From Deltaproteobacteria bacterium (GTDB lineage: Bacteria; Desulfobacterota; Desulfobulbia; Desulfobulbales; SURF-16): a stretch of DNA of 64,000 nt. The first letter of the stretch is position 1. Each line of letters starts with the position of its first letter. The stretch covers positions 36,446 to 100,445 of the forward strand of contig JACRCD010000017.1 in the NCBI GenBank assembly GCA_016219175.1. Reading direction: 5' to 3'. Of this stretch, positions 35,172 to 44,221 are shown one piece after another. Made by a program: the position numbers and the translations under genes. A model generated the notes under the pieces. The model saw only the letters and a list, made by a program, of their open reading frames with translations. It had not been told where the DNA came from and searched no databases.

Positions 35172-35891
35172 TTACTTCACCATACGAGGATTATCGACTG
35201 ACGGCTCGCTCAGGTCAAGCGTATTAGGGATTTCCCCGACCACTGTTACCGTAAGCATGACGGATGCTTCGCCAACTTGCTCCCAGGGGCGGCGGTAGTG
35301 CATGGTGATAGTCTTGTCCCCTCCGGAAATCGCGTGCAGGAAAAATCCCTGCCTGCCTGGGCTGCCCGGCAATGAGCTTGACTGAGCAAATTCTCCGGAT
35401 GTTTCCTCCCGCAAACCCATGGGCGCGGGATCATCAATTTTCCAACTGTATCCCGTGCTGAAATTGCTGGCCACATACACCGCAATGTTTCTTCCGGCGG
35501 AAACAAAACCTTTTAGGCACAGTTGGGCCGGTTGCATGATGAGCTTTGTGATAGAGCCATCGGGATTGTAGATAATCCGTTGCAGATCGGCAATAAGACC
35601 TTGCCCTTCCATAATGACAGAAACAAAATTTTCCCCTCCGGCTCCTTTACGTTTGAATTCTATGGTCGCGCCGCTTGCCGCGGCCGCCTCGGAAATATGC
35701 TCCTTTTGGGAAAGCACACTCTTTTCAGGAAGAGAAAATTCATACCTCCATATGATCTTGGCAGGAGTGCGCTCAGCAGCATGGGCACTCCCTTCAGGCA
35801 TTGGCGCAACACATCCCGAGGCCCCGCACATGAACCCCATGAAAATAAAGAGCACTGCCCGGTGCACCATGGGCTTCAAGCTTGGCAACAA
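35172..35891 (-). CDS. standalone chagasin-family (I42) cysteine-peptidase inhibitor-like protein, secreted or lipoprotein
   Basis: NFSTGYSW, PGSPGRQGFF and YRRPW motifs. The whole mature region is paralogous to aa ~75-260 of the neighbouring giant protein. TTG start is preceded by GGAGGAG; hydrophobic signal with Cys (FMCGASGC). Confidence 0.75.
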   Translation of the reverse strand: MLPSLKPMVHRAVLFIFMGFMCGASGCVAPMPEGSAHAAERTPAKIIWRYEFSLPEKSVLSQKEHISEAAAASGATIEFKRKGAGGENFVSVIMEGQGLIADLQRIIYNPDGSITKLIMQPAQLCLKGFVSAGRNIAVYVASNFSTGYSWKIDDPAPMGLREETSGEFAQSSSLPGSPGRQGFFLHAISGGDKTITMHYRRPWEQVGEASVMLTVTVVGEIPNTLDLSEPSVDNPRMVK

Positions 35892-36053
35892 TCAGGTCTC
35901 CTCCAGCTCCATAGCGATTTAATGTAATAAGGCCGGAACCATGGGCCGGCAAAAGCGTGGTGAGCAGAGGAGAGACAACGCTGTCAAGGAAATCTGTTTT
36001 ACCATCATTAATCACTTGTCGGCCGGATGGATAAAAAGGATAAATACCGTTTG

Positions 36054-37130
36054 TTACCGTTCTATAGTAAAGGTGCCGCTGTCATAATAATAGCCGCTGG
36101 CATAGACCGAATAGTCTCCGACCATGGATAATCCGTCAGCGGAAACAACTCCGTTGGTGCATTCAAGGGTGACGATATCCCAGCCGCAGTCATAACTGGC
36201 ATCGAAGCTGTAGGTCCCGTTGCTGTCCATGTTGCCGACCAGGGGGACATCCCAAACATTGCCGCATTCCGTATTGGACACACTCAATGTGCCGGATAGC
36301 CCACTGCCGGTTTGCACGAGCACGGTCGTCATGCTGCCGTAATCACCATATTCGCTGTGCCAGCCCCCCAGCCAGGTCCCCGTTACCGGCTCCACGGTTC
36401 CGGGTATGGACCATTCGGCTATGCCGTCGAAATCGTCGTCCAGATAAAACATATCGACTGAGGGCCGATAGACGCCGATATCATCATCGCCGTCCCCGTC
36501 CCAGTCGCCGACAATGGGCACATCCGTTGATCTGCCGAAATACTGGGCATGGTCATGCACCCCGTCATCATCGTCATCCAGATAGAAGCGGGCGACGGAC
36601 GGACGGAAAATGCCGATGCTGTCAACCCCGTCCCCATCCCAGTCGCCGACCAGGGAGTAGTCGCCCAGCCTGCCGATGGTAACCGCCCGGTCATGAATGC
36701 CGTCCCAGTTGGAATCCATGTAATAACGCCGCGCCGAAGGGCGGAACACCCCGATATCATCCCAGCCGTCACTGTCCCAGTCCCCGACCACCGGCAGATC
36801 ACTCGATCTGCCGATGGTAACCGTATCGTCAGCCACGCTGTCCAGATCGTAATCGATAAAAAATTTCCTGTCACTGCCGCGGAAAACACCGATATCAGCA
36901 AAACCGTCACCGTTAAAATCACCGGCTACCGGCAAATCCGTGCTTCTGCCGAAGCCAATCACCTCGTCGGCCACGCCATCGTCGTCGTAATCAAGCAGAA
37001 ACTTGTTGCCGGAAAACAGCCCGACACTGTCAACACCGCTGCCATTCCAGTCACCGACAATCGGGGTAGCACAATGCGCGGCAGCGGGCACGAGACACGC
37101 AAACACAAAAAACAGCCCTCTTTTTCTCAT
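36054..37130 (-). CDS. secreted protein: 5x FG-GAP/VCBS-like Ca-binding repeat module + ~115-aa Cys-containing C-terminal domain of unknown family
   Basis: ATG 37130 is preceded by AGGAGGG. Signal peptide is MRKRGLFFVFACLVPAAAHC. The repeat module is ~85-90% identical (by eye) to the C-terminus of the 31386..35030 product. Confidence 0.8.
   Translation of the reverse strand: MRKRGLFFVFACLVPAAAHCATPIVGDWNGSGVDSVGLFSGNKFLLDYDDDGVADEVIGFGRSTDLPVAGDFNGDGFADIGVFRGSDRKFFIDYDLDSVADDTVTIGRSSDLPVVGDWDSDGWDDIGVFRPSARRYYMDSNWDGIHDRAVTIGRLGDYSLVGDWDGDGVDSIGIFRPSVARFYLDDDDDGVHDHAQYFGRSTDVPIVGDWDGDGDDDIGVYRPSVDMFYLDDDFDGIAEWSIPGTVEPVTGTWLGGWHSEYGDYGSMTTVLVQTGSGLSGTLSVSNTECGNVWDVPLVGNMDSNGTYSFDASYDCGWDIVTLECTNGVVSADGLSMVGDYSVYASGYYYDSGTFTIER
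36396..37067 (-). repeat. copy 2 of dispersed direct repeat encoding the 5-repeat FG-GAP-like module
   Basis: See copy 1 at 31404-32072; same orientation, about 5 kb apart. Confidence 0.85.
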
Positions 37131-37198
37131 TTTCACCCTCCTGTTTTTTGTCATTTCATTAAGAAATTTTACCATTCCTGTTTCCACAACTTTCTTCA

Positions 37199-37232
37199 CC
37201 GGTCAGCTATCTCAACCGGTCAGCTATCTCAT
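37199..37232. repeat. perfect-but-one tandem 17-bp direct repeat CCGGTCAGCTATCTCA(A/T)
   Basis: Read directly. It lies 70-100 nt upstream of the 37130 start, in the divergent intergenic region shared with the REC-TPR/kinase operon. Confidence 0.85.
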
Positions 37233-37523
37233 ATGATAATAATTAATAGCGAAAATATCACGAAAAACAAAGGGGGCGCGCCATTTAGCCTGACACCAAA
37301 AAGTATCATCCTAAAATAAAACCTCAGTGGATGGCCGCCCTGCTTCAGGTTGTATCAGAGTTTTTCAACCTGCATCACTTTGGATAGAATAAAAACCGGG
37401 GAGAAATCATAGAATTTATTTTTTATGCCATTTCTTTTTATTCTTGCGCCATAGGCCAGATGACGGCATTATACTTCCTGACCAACAAAGCTTGTCCAGC
37501 CAGACTAAGGGAACGAATTTCAC

Positions 37524-38690
37524 ATGAAAACCCACGACAGCAACATCCTCATTGTTGAAGATAACCAGGCCATGCGCAAGATGCTTGAATCGATGCTCAT
37601 CGAACTCGGCTATCACAACTACTGCGCCGCGGTTAACGGCCTGAAGGCCTGGGACAGAATACAGGACGGCGATGTCGACATCGTCCTCTCTGATTACCTG
37701 ATGCCGGAAATGAACGGACTTGAACTTCTCCGCCTCATCCGTCAGACAAGACGATTTTACGACATGCCCTTCATCATGATCACCGGGGCTGACAAGCGCG
37801 CCGATTTTATGCGGTCCATCCAGGCCGAGGTCGATTATTACATCATCAAACCCCCGAACATCGGCCTGCTGGAAGACCTGCTGAAAAGTGTCGTCGCCCG
37901 TCAGAAAAACCCGTCCGAGTTTGACAAGCTGTTCAGCAACGGTAAATATCATTACCTGAACAAGGAGTACGACGAGGCCCTGCGCCATTTTGAGATGGCC
38001 AGCCAGGCCCGTCTCGAAAGCGCCCTGCCCTATTACTATCAGGGTCTTATTTATCAGCAGCTCGGCAACGAGAAGAAGGCGGAACTGAATTTCAAAAAAT
38101 CCCTGATTATTGAAGACCAGTTCATCAGCTCGCTGCTGGCCCTTGCCGATATCTATCAGACCCGTGAGGATTATGCCAACCTGGCCAACTGCCTGGCCAA
38201 GGTCACCGAGATCCTGCCGGACACCTTTGATGTGCACATCGGCCTGGCCCGGGCCTGCATACGTTCCGGGGATATCGAACGGGCCCGCGGTCATCTCAGT
38301 GACGCCCAGCAGCTCGCCAAAAACAATGCCGATCAGCTCCAGGAAGTGCTGGATTGCTATATCGACGCGGGGTTGCTTGACGAGGCGGACCTTCTCTTTG
38401 GCCGCAAGGTTCAGGATGACAACCACGAAAAGACCATCCATTTCCTAAACAGGCTCGGACTGCGGGCCCGGAAGATGAGGGATTTCAGCAAGGCAAAACA
38501 TTTTTACATGAACTGCCTGAGAATGGACCCGCAGCACAAAACCGTCAACTACAACCTTGCCAGCCTTCTCTTCCTGCAGAAAGACTATGAAGCTGCTGAA
38601 TCCTACCTGAAAAAAATTTTCCGCCTCTACCCGGATTTCCCGGAGGCGATTGAACTGATGGATGCAATCAAGCAGAAACTGCGACAATAA
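37524..38690 (+). CDS. response regulator receiver domain fused to TPR repeats (no DNA-binding domain)
   Basis: REC motifs (ILIVEDN, VLSDYLMPEMNG, MITG, IIKP) followed by ~260 aa of TPR-like helical repeats. Confidence 0.85.
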   Translation: MKTHDSNILIVEDNQAMRKMLESMLIELGYHNYCAAVNGLKAWDRIQDGDVDIVLSDYLMPEMNGLELLRLIRQTRRFYDMPFIMITGADKRADFMRSIQAEVDYYIIKPPNIGLLEDLLKSVVARQKNPSEFDKLFSNGKYHYLNKEYDEALRHFEMASQARLESALPYYYQGLIYQQLGNEKKAELNFKKSLIIEDQFISSLLALADIYQTREDYANLANCLAKVTEILPDTFDVHIGLARACIRSGDIERARGHLSDAQQLAKNNADQLQEVLDCYIDAGLLDEADLLFGRKVQDDNHEKTIHFLNRLGLRARKMRDFSKAKHFYMNCLRMDPQHKTVNYNLASLLFLQKDYEAAESYLKKIFRLYPDFPEAIELMDAIKQKLRQ

Positions 38691-38701
38691 GCCTTAAGTG
38701 T

Positions 38702-40639
38702 ATGGGCAATTATACGATCCACATACGCAAAGCCATCCTCCTGCCCCTTGCCTTTGCCTTAATTTTTCTGCTCGGCTTTACCATTTCCGGGGCCTACTGG
38801 CTGCAACGGTATCAGTTTGACCAAAGTATTCAGACACAGCTGAAGAGCATCCAGCAGCTGTTCAGCATCACCCTCGACAGCGAAGCGGAACATTTAAGTT
38901 CGTTCATTGATTTCATCATGAACGATCCCGGACTTTACTATGCCTATCTCGCCAAAGACCGCGAACTTCTCTACCAGAATGCCCAAGCCATTTTCCAGAG
39001 CATCGAAAACCGGCACCAGGTGACCCATTTTTACTTTCACAATCTGGACCAAACCTGCTTTCTACGGGTGCACAAGCCGTCCAGCCACGACGACCACATC
39101 GACCGCTACACCTTAAAAAAAGCCGCTGACGAAGGGGTTGCCTCCTACGGCATTGAGCTTGGCCCATTCGGCACCTTGACCCTCAGGGTTGTGCATCCCT
39201 GGCGGGTAAACAACAAGCTGATCGGCTACATTGAGCTCGGCCGCGAGGTTGAATACATTATCCCGGCCATGAGAGAAATTCTTGGCTATGATTTCTTTTT
39301 TCTGGTCAACATCCGTCACTTAAACAAAACGATGTGGGAAGAGGGGCTGAAAATTTCCGGCCGGCAAAGCCGCTGGGAAGAAATTCCCCGTCATGTCGTC
39401 ATCGCCAGGACGATGCAGACCGTGCCGAACGGCCTGAACAGGTACATACAGTTGCCCCATGAAAAGAAAGGAGACCTGATATTTAAAATTGCCGACGGCG
39501 ACAAAAGATATCGAGGCGGGTTTGCCCCGCTTAAAGTGGTCAGCGGTCAGGACATCGGCGAGATTATCGCCATCAGGGATTTCACCGGCGAGGTCTCCAG
39601 ACAGCAGGTTTCGGCCATCCTCGTTTTTGTCTGCATGACTGTGCTGGGCATGCTGTTTGCCCTTTTTTATTTCCACATCAGCCGCATGGAAAAACGTCTC
39701 ATCAAAATCCATGACTCCCTGACCGAAGAGATCGATAGCCGCAGGCACATGGAGGAAGAGCTGAAAAAACACCAGACGAACCTGGAAGAAACCGTTTCCC
39801 AGCGCACCGCGGAACTGACGACCACCAACCGGCAGCTGCAGATTCAGATAGCCGAACGGAAATTTGCCGAAGAAAGCCTGCTGGAAACCCACGACAAACT
39901 AGAGGAAAGGATCAGGGAACGGACAGAGGCCCTGGAAAAGACTTATGACCAGCTGCTGCACGCGGAAAAGCTGAGCGCCATCGGCAAACTCGCGGCCTCC
40001 ATTGCCCATGAGTTCAACAACCCCATTTATGGCATACGCAACGTGCTTGACGGCCTGAGAAGAAGGGAAAGCCTTGACGAAAAAAACATGGAAATGGTTA
40101 ATCTGGCCATCAAGGAGTGCGACAGGGTAGCCAAATTAACCAGGGATCTGCAGAGCTTCAACAGACCGACCTCGGGGATCATGAGTTCTCTGGATATTCA
40201 TGAACTGATAGAAGACATGCTTTTGCTGATCAAAAAGGAACTCAGTCAGAAAAAAATAACAGTGAGAAAATACTATGCCGCGGACCTGCCGATCATCCAG
40301 GGCATCACAGACCAGATCAAACAGGTCCTGCTGAACATGCTTAATAATGCCGGGGCCTCTATTGCCGATGAGGGTGGGATCATAACCATCACTACAGAAA
40401 ACCGCGGCCAGGAAGTCGCTATCCATCTTGCCGATACCGGCATCGGCATCAAGCCCGAGGACATGGACAAAATTTTTGAGCCGTTCTTTTCCACAAAACC
40501 AGCGGTAAAAGGAACCGGGCTGGGACTGTCGGTCAGTTACGGTATCATTAAAAGGCACGGTGGGAATATTGAGGTGGAAAGCAGGCCGGGCCAGGGCACA
40601 AAATTCACTATCCTGCTGCCTACCCGGCAGCCTGCCTGA
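38702..40639 (+). CDS. sensor histidine kinase with large periplasmic (Cache-like) domain
   Basis: Two TM segments flank a ~270-aa extracytoplasmic region. A coiled coil follows, then H-box SIAHEFNNPI and HATPase GTGLGLSVS. Confidence 0.9.
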   Translation: MGNYTIHIRKAILLPLAFALIFLLGFTISGAYWLQRYQFDQSIQTQLKSIQQLFSITLDSEAEHLSSFIDFIMNDPGLYYAYLAKDRELLYQNAQAIFQSIENRHQVTHFYFHNLDQTCFLRVHKPSSHDDHIDRYTLKKAADEGVASYGIELGPFGTLTLRVVHPWRVNNKLIGYIELGREVEYIIPAMREILGYDFFFLVNIRHLNKTMWEEGLKISGRQSRWEEIPRHVVIARTMQTVPNGLNRYIQLPHEKKGDLIFKIADGDKRYRGGFAPLKVVSGQDIGEIIAIRDFTGEVSRQQVSAILVFVCMTVLGMLFALFYFHISRMEKRLIKIHDSLTEEIDSRRHMEEELKKHQTNLEETVSQRTAELTTTNRQLQIQIAERKFAEESLLETHDKLEERIRERTEALEKTYDQLLHAEKLSAIGKLAASIAHEFNNPIYGIRNVLDGLRRRESLDEKNMEMVNLAIKECDRVAKLTRDLQSFNRPTSGIMSSLDIHELIEDMLLLIKKELSQKKITVRKYYAADLPIIQGITDQIKQVLLNMLNNAGASIADEGGIITITTENRGQEVAIHLADTGIGIKPEDMDKIFEPFFSTKPAVKGTGLGLSVSYGIIKRHGGNIEVESRPGQGTKFTILLPTRQPA

Positions 40640-40666
40640 GGCTGCCGGGCCTTGCGGAAGAGCGTT

Positions 40667-41251
40667 TCAGACGGTGATCACCGCCAGGTCCGCCAGAATC
40701 CAGTCAACCGCCTCCCGCAGATCCTCGGCAACATAATGGGGCTGAATCTGTTGCCGCGGACCAATATAATCATAATCGCCCCTGCCATATCCGGTGAGAA
40801 CCAGAATACCCTTGGCCCGGCATTTGGCAGCCGCTTTAAGATCCGACCAGCGGTCCCCAACCACATAGGAGCGGGCAAGATCAAGCCCCAGTTCGAGCGA
40901 GGCTTTCAAGAATAGGGCGTTTCCGGGCTTGCGGCAGTCGCATGCCGCCCTGAATCTCTCCTCCTTGGCTTCCGGGTGGTGCGGACAGACATAAATTCCA
41001 TCCACATAGGCATCGAATTCAGCAAGCTTGCGCTCCATCTTTCTGTGCACCTCCACCAGGAGGCTCTCCGGGAAATAGCCCCTGGCAAGGCCCGACTGGT
41101 TGGTGACAACAACCACGGGGATTCCCGCAATATTGAGCCTGCGGATGGCCGCCGCGGCGCCCGGCAGCATATGAAAACGGCTGAGATGGTTTATGTAGCC
41201 CATCTGTTCATTGATGGTGCCGTCTCTATCCAGAAAAACCGCAGGCTTCAT
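40667..41251 (-). CDS. gmhB: D-glycero-beta-D-manno-heptose 1,7-bisphosphate 7-phosphatase
   Basis: HAD motif FLDRDGTIN, the zinc-binding Cys pattern (CPHHP...CDCRKP), and GDRWSD. Confidence 0.85.
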   Translation of the reverse strand: MKPAVFLDRDGTINEQMGYINHLSRFHMLPGAAAAIRRLNIAGIPVVVVTNQSGLARGYFPESLLVEVHRKMERKLAEFDAYVDGIYVCPHHPEAKEERFRAACDCRKPGNALFLKASLELGLDLARSYVVGDRWSDLKAAAKCRAKGILVLTGYGRGDYDYIGPRQQIQPHYVAEDLREAVDWILADLAVITV

Positions 41252-42290
41252 ATTCCCCTAATAATTTCTGTACTGCCTGCTCAACCTCTTCAACCGAGAT
41301 ATCGAGCATGCAGCGAAAATCTGCTTTGCATTCTTTTTTCAGACAAGGGCGGCAGCCAAGCTCTTTCTGCAGAACAACAGCCCGGTCGGAAAAAGGTCCG
41401 GTCGCCACCGCGTCCGTTGAACCGAATATGGCCACCAGAGGCGTCCCGGTCGCCGCGCCGACATGCATCAACCCCGAATCATTGGTGACAAAGGCGTCAC
41501 AAACCGATATCAGCGCCATGGCCTGCGCCAGTGTCGTTTTCCCGGCCAGCCCCCGGATAAAACCCGGGCCATGCGCGGTAATGGTGTCAATAGTCTGCTG
41601 ATCGGCCGCGGTGCCGAAAACCATGAAGGTCGCTCTGTTTCGCCTGTGCAGACGTTCGGCCAGCTCACCGTACCTTGCCGCCGGCCAGCACTTGGCAGGC
41701 CCATAGGCGGCTCCCGGGTTCAAGCCGATGACAGGCCCCCCGCCGGCAAGTCCCTGTCTGAACCGCCGGGCGAAATGAAGATCTTCATCCGCCAGCCGCA
41801 GGCAGAGTTCATCCGGTCCGCGGGTCAATCCGAGATCACGCAGCAATGCCTGATAGTAGTGAACCTGATGTTTCCCGCGGATTTCATCCCGGATTCGCAC
41901 CCCATGGGTCAGAAGAAGAGAGCGTCCATCCCGTTTATAGCCGGCGCGGACCGGAATGCCGGCCATCCTGGCCAGTAACGCCGCCTCAAAGGCATTCTGC
42001 AGCAGAATGGCCATGTCAAAACGCATCCTTTGCAAAGTCCGGCTTAACCGCAGCATGCCGGACAAGCCACCATGCACGCCTTTCTTTTCATAAAAGATAA
42101 TTTTATCAACATGCGGGCTGGCCCTAAAGACATCGGCCATCCACGGCTGGGCAAGCATGGTGATCTCGGCCGCGGGGAAATTTTCCCTGATCGTACGCAC
42201 CGCAGGCGTCGTCATGATAGCATCACCAATCCAGTTGGTGGAGCGTATCAATATCCTGGCGGGATGAAATTCTTTAAGGGATGCCTTCAT
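41226..42290 (-). CDS. waaF: LPS heptosyltransferase II (GT9)
   Basis: ILIRSTNWIGDAIMTTPA N-terminal motif and C-terminal GNDSGLMHVGAA. ATG 42290 is preferred over TTG 42314. Overlaps gmhB by 26 nt. Confidence 0.8.
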   Translation of the reverse strand: MKASLKEFHPARILIRSTNWIGDAIMTTPAVRTIRENFPAAEITMLAQPWMADVFRASPHVDKIIFYEKKGVHGGLSGMLRLSRTLQRMRFDMAILLQNAFEAALLARMAGIPVRAGYKRDGRSLLLTHGVRIRDEIRGKHQVHYYQALLRDLGLTRGPDELCLRLADEDLHFARRFRQGLAGGGPVIGLNPGAAYGPAKCWPAARYGELAERLHRRNRATFMVFGTAADQQTIDTITAHGPGFIRGLAGKTTLAQAMALISVCDAFVTNDSGLMHVGAATGTPLVAIFGSTDAVATGPFSDRAVVLQKELGCRPCLKKECKADFRCMLDISVEEVEQAVQKLLGEYEACGFSG

Positions 42291-42674
42291 GGGCCACAAC
42301 CAGTTTCTTTTCAAGTGGGCTATTTTGCCTGCGGCTGGACTGCCGGCTATTTATAACTACTCAGGTGCTTAGACTGTAGACTGAAGGCTATGGGGCGGTC
42401 GGCGCCGCCATCGTATTGACGTTTTAGACGCTTTTCTCTCAGTCTGCCGCCTTCAGCATATCAACCAGTCTTTTAGAATACGGCAATGTGCTTACTTTGC
42501 CAATCCGTGTCAAGTTTTTTATGCCAATCCATGCCTCATCCCTTGCAAAAAGAACAATTGGGTGGTAAAAGAACTGGATTTTTATATCACACATCCCTGA
42601 AAAACCCCTCTGGTGCCCGCAAGGGTTGGGGAGAACGGGATGGACGTCTAACCAAAAAAAATGGAGATTTAACA

Positions 42675-43457
42675 ATGGCTTACATTACAATGAAAGAAAT
42701 GCTGGTAGCCGGTCTGCACTTCGGCCACCAAACCCGCCGCTGGAACCCGAAAATGAAACCTTATATTTTCGGAGCCCGTAACAAGATTTATATCATCAAC
42801 CTGGACAAAACCCTCCCCCTCTTCAACAAGGCCTACGAGTCCGTTGTCAATACAGTCGCCAAAGGCGGGTCGGTCCTCTTTGTCGGCACAAAACGTCAGG
42901 CTCAGGACATCATCAAGGAAGAAGCGAGCAGGGCAGGCATGTTCTTTATCAACCACCGCTGGCTCGGCGGCATGCTGACCAACTTCCAGACAATCAAAAA
43001 ATCCGTTGACCGCATGAAATCGATCCAGTCAATGCGGGATGACGGCAGCATCAATCGTTACAAGAAAAAAGAAGCCCTGGGCATGGAAAAAGAGCTGGGC
43101 AAACTTGAGCGTAACCTCGGCGGCATCAGGGACATGAAGTCCCTGCCGTCCGTAATCTTTGTTGTCGATCCCAAACGCGAAGACATCGCGGTTGACGAGG
43201 CAAACCGTCTGGGCATCCCGGTAATCGCGATAGCTGATACCAACTGTGATCCCGATGGCATTGACCATCTCATCCCCGGAAACGATGACGCCATTCGTTC
43301 CATCAAACTGATTACCTCTAAAATAGCTGACGCAGTTCTTGCCGGTAAGGCCAGACGTGGTGAAGAGGTTGAAACCGATGATGCCATTGCCGCGGCCATG
43401 GTTGAGGCGAATACTCCGCGCGCCGACGTTTCCGCCGATACGGCTGCTGACGAATAA
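42675..43457 (+). CDS. rpsB: 30S ribosomal protein S2
   Basis: [27 protein letters not shown]. The ORF-track 5' extension from 42486 is rejected. Confidence 0.97.
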   Translation: MAYITMKEMLVAGLHFGHQTRRWNPKMKPYIFGARNKIYIINLDKTLPLFNKAYESVVNTVAKGGSVLFVGTKRQAQDIIKEEASRAGMFFINHRWLGGMLTNFQTIKKSVDRMKSIQSMRDDGSINRYKKKEALGMEKELGKLERNLGGIRDMKSLPSVIFVVDPKREDIAVDEANRLGIPVIAIADTNCDPDGIDHLIPGNDDAIRSIKLITSKIADAVLAGKARRGEEVETDDAIAAAMVEANTPRADVSADTAADE

Positions 43458-43476
43458 ACAGTTGAAGCAGGAAACA

Positions 43477-43493
43477 GGCAATGCCCCATTGCC
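43477..43493 (+). other. small hairpin in the rpsB-tsf spacer
   Basis: GGCAATG-CCC-CATTGCC with no strong U-tract; possible attenuator or processing element. Confidence 0.25.
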
Positions 43494-43600
43494 TCCGTTA
43501 TGACGGGCTGTAAACTGATCAGGTGGAAAGCCTTCTGTCTTCAGGCAATCCACCTGCCCAGTCACACAACTTATTTAACAAATTGAAGGATAGAATTACC

Positions 43601-44194
43601 ATGAATATAACCAGTCAAATGGTCAAGGAACTCCGCGACAAAACCAACGCGGGCATGATGGACTGCAAGAAAGCCCTTGCGGAAACCAACGGAGACATGG
43701 AAAAGGCAGTCGATTACCTCCGCCAGAAAGGGTTGGCGGTTGCCGCCAAAAGGGCGACCCGGGCAACCAGTGAAGGTGTTATTGAATGCTATATCCATGC
43801 GGGCAGCAAACTCGGCGTTATGGTTGAGGTAGGCTGCGAGACCGATTTCGTTGCGAAAACGGACTCGTTCATTCAATTCGCCAAAAACATCGCCATGCAT
43901 ATCGCCGCCGTAAATCCCGTGTCGATAAAAAGAGAAGATATCCCGGCCGATCTGCTGGCCAGGGAAAAGGACATTTACGTCAAACAGGCCCTCGACTCAG
44001 GGAAACCGGTAAATATTGTCGAAAAGATTGTCGCCGGCAAAATTGACAAATTCTACACCGATGTCTGCCTGCTTGAACAAACCTATGTTAAAAATCCTGA
44101 TCTGACAATTCAGGATCTGCTCAATGAGATCGTCGCCTCACTTGGTGAAAACATTGCGGTCAAAAGATTTGCCCGTTTTCAGGTTGGCGCCTAA
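43601..44194 (+). CDS. tsf: translation elongation factor Ts
   Basis: MNITSQMVKELRDKTNAGMMDCKKAL; short (~197 aa) EF-Ts form. Start is at ATG 43601. Confidence 0.95.
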   Translation: MNITSQMVKELRDKTNAGMMDCKKALAETNGDMEKAVDYLRQKGLAVAAKRATRATSEGVIECYIHAGSKLGVMVEVGCETDFVAKTDSFIQFAKNIAMHIAAVNPVSIKREDIPADLLAREKDIYVKQALDSGKPVNIVEKIVAGKIDKFYTDVCLLEQTYVKNPDLTIQDLLNEIVASLGENIAVKRFARFQVGA

Positions 44195-44221
44195 CATTAA
44201 AGCAAGAGGATCCCATTCCGC

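Noticed and set aside
31404-37067. Possible diversity-generating retroelement template/variable repeat pair
   Set aside because: Mismatches between the two copies are not restricted to adenine positions of one copy (G/A, C/A, T/C and A/G were all seen). No reverse transcriptase gene is in the window.
37416-38441. 341-aa minus-strand ORF
   Set aside because: It is antisense to the REC-TPR gene, which has clear receiver motifs. The product is low-complexity and no SD is present.
42439-42675. 78-aa minus-strand ORF and the 5' extension of rpsB (42486..42674)
   Set aside because: Both lie in the rpsB upstream spacer. The canonical S2 N-terminus [10 protein letters not shown] starts at 42675, and the products have no recognisable features.
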